DNA from: Hyphochytrium catenoides
Taxonomy: Eukaryota > Protista > Hyphochytriomycota
Direction: 5' to 3'
Length of the DNA: 36,267 nt
Assembly (NCBI GenBank): GCA_900088475.1
Contig: FLMG01003579.1
Location: 1-36,267 of the forward strand
The notes below the pieces were generated by a model. That model did no database searches and had not been told where the DNA came from. It saw only the letters and a list, made by a program, of their open reading frames with translations. Position 1 is the first letter of the stretch, and each line of letters opens with the position of its first letter. Shown here piece by piece: positions 36,230 to 36,267 of this stretch. The position numbers and the translations under genes were made by a program.

Positions 36230-36266
36230 CCCCTCCCCCATCTCCCCTCCCTTCCTCCCTCCTCCC
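36230..36266 (-). promoter_or_regulatory. Potential G-quadruplex-forming purine tract upstream of the SPOC gene
   Basis: The minus strand has six G runs of 3-5 nt with 1-5 nt loops, ~400 bp upstream of ATG 35832. Confidence 0.4.
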
Positions 36267-36267
36267 T

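Overview
Intron-rich eukaryotic nuclear DNA with the standard genetic code and GT-AG introns, many with CTAAC-type branch points and (CT)n/(GA)n microsatellites. The gene families suggest a flagellated protist, possibly a stramenopile (inference only). I assembled seven protein-coding genes by hand-splicing: (1) a CYP86-clan-like cytochrome P450, truncated at the left edge; (2) a Tctex-1-family dynein light chain of TCTEX1D2 type; (3) a ~25-exon lipid-transfer protein with a putative beta-trefoil, PH, transmembrane, CRAL-TRIO and START domains; (4) a NOVA/BTR1-like triple-KH RNA-binding protein; (5) THUMPD1/Tan1; (6) a gene with one ~2 kb exon and a degenerate EF-hand-like core; (7) a ~34-exon, ~2,500-aa DIDO/PHF3/Bye1-like protein (ePHD, PZP, PHD, PLU-1-like repeats, PWWP, TFIIS-M, SPOC). 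No tRNA, rRNA, CRISPR array or mobile element could be supported. The best leads are the multi-reader SPOC protein, the double lipid-transfer-domain membrane protein, and a YCAY-rich intron with a cryptic exon in the NOVA-like gene that may be an autoregulatory splicing switch. Exon boundaries come from reading frames only, without transcript data.
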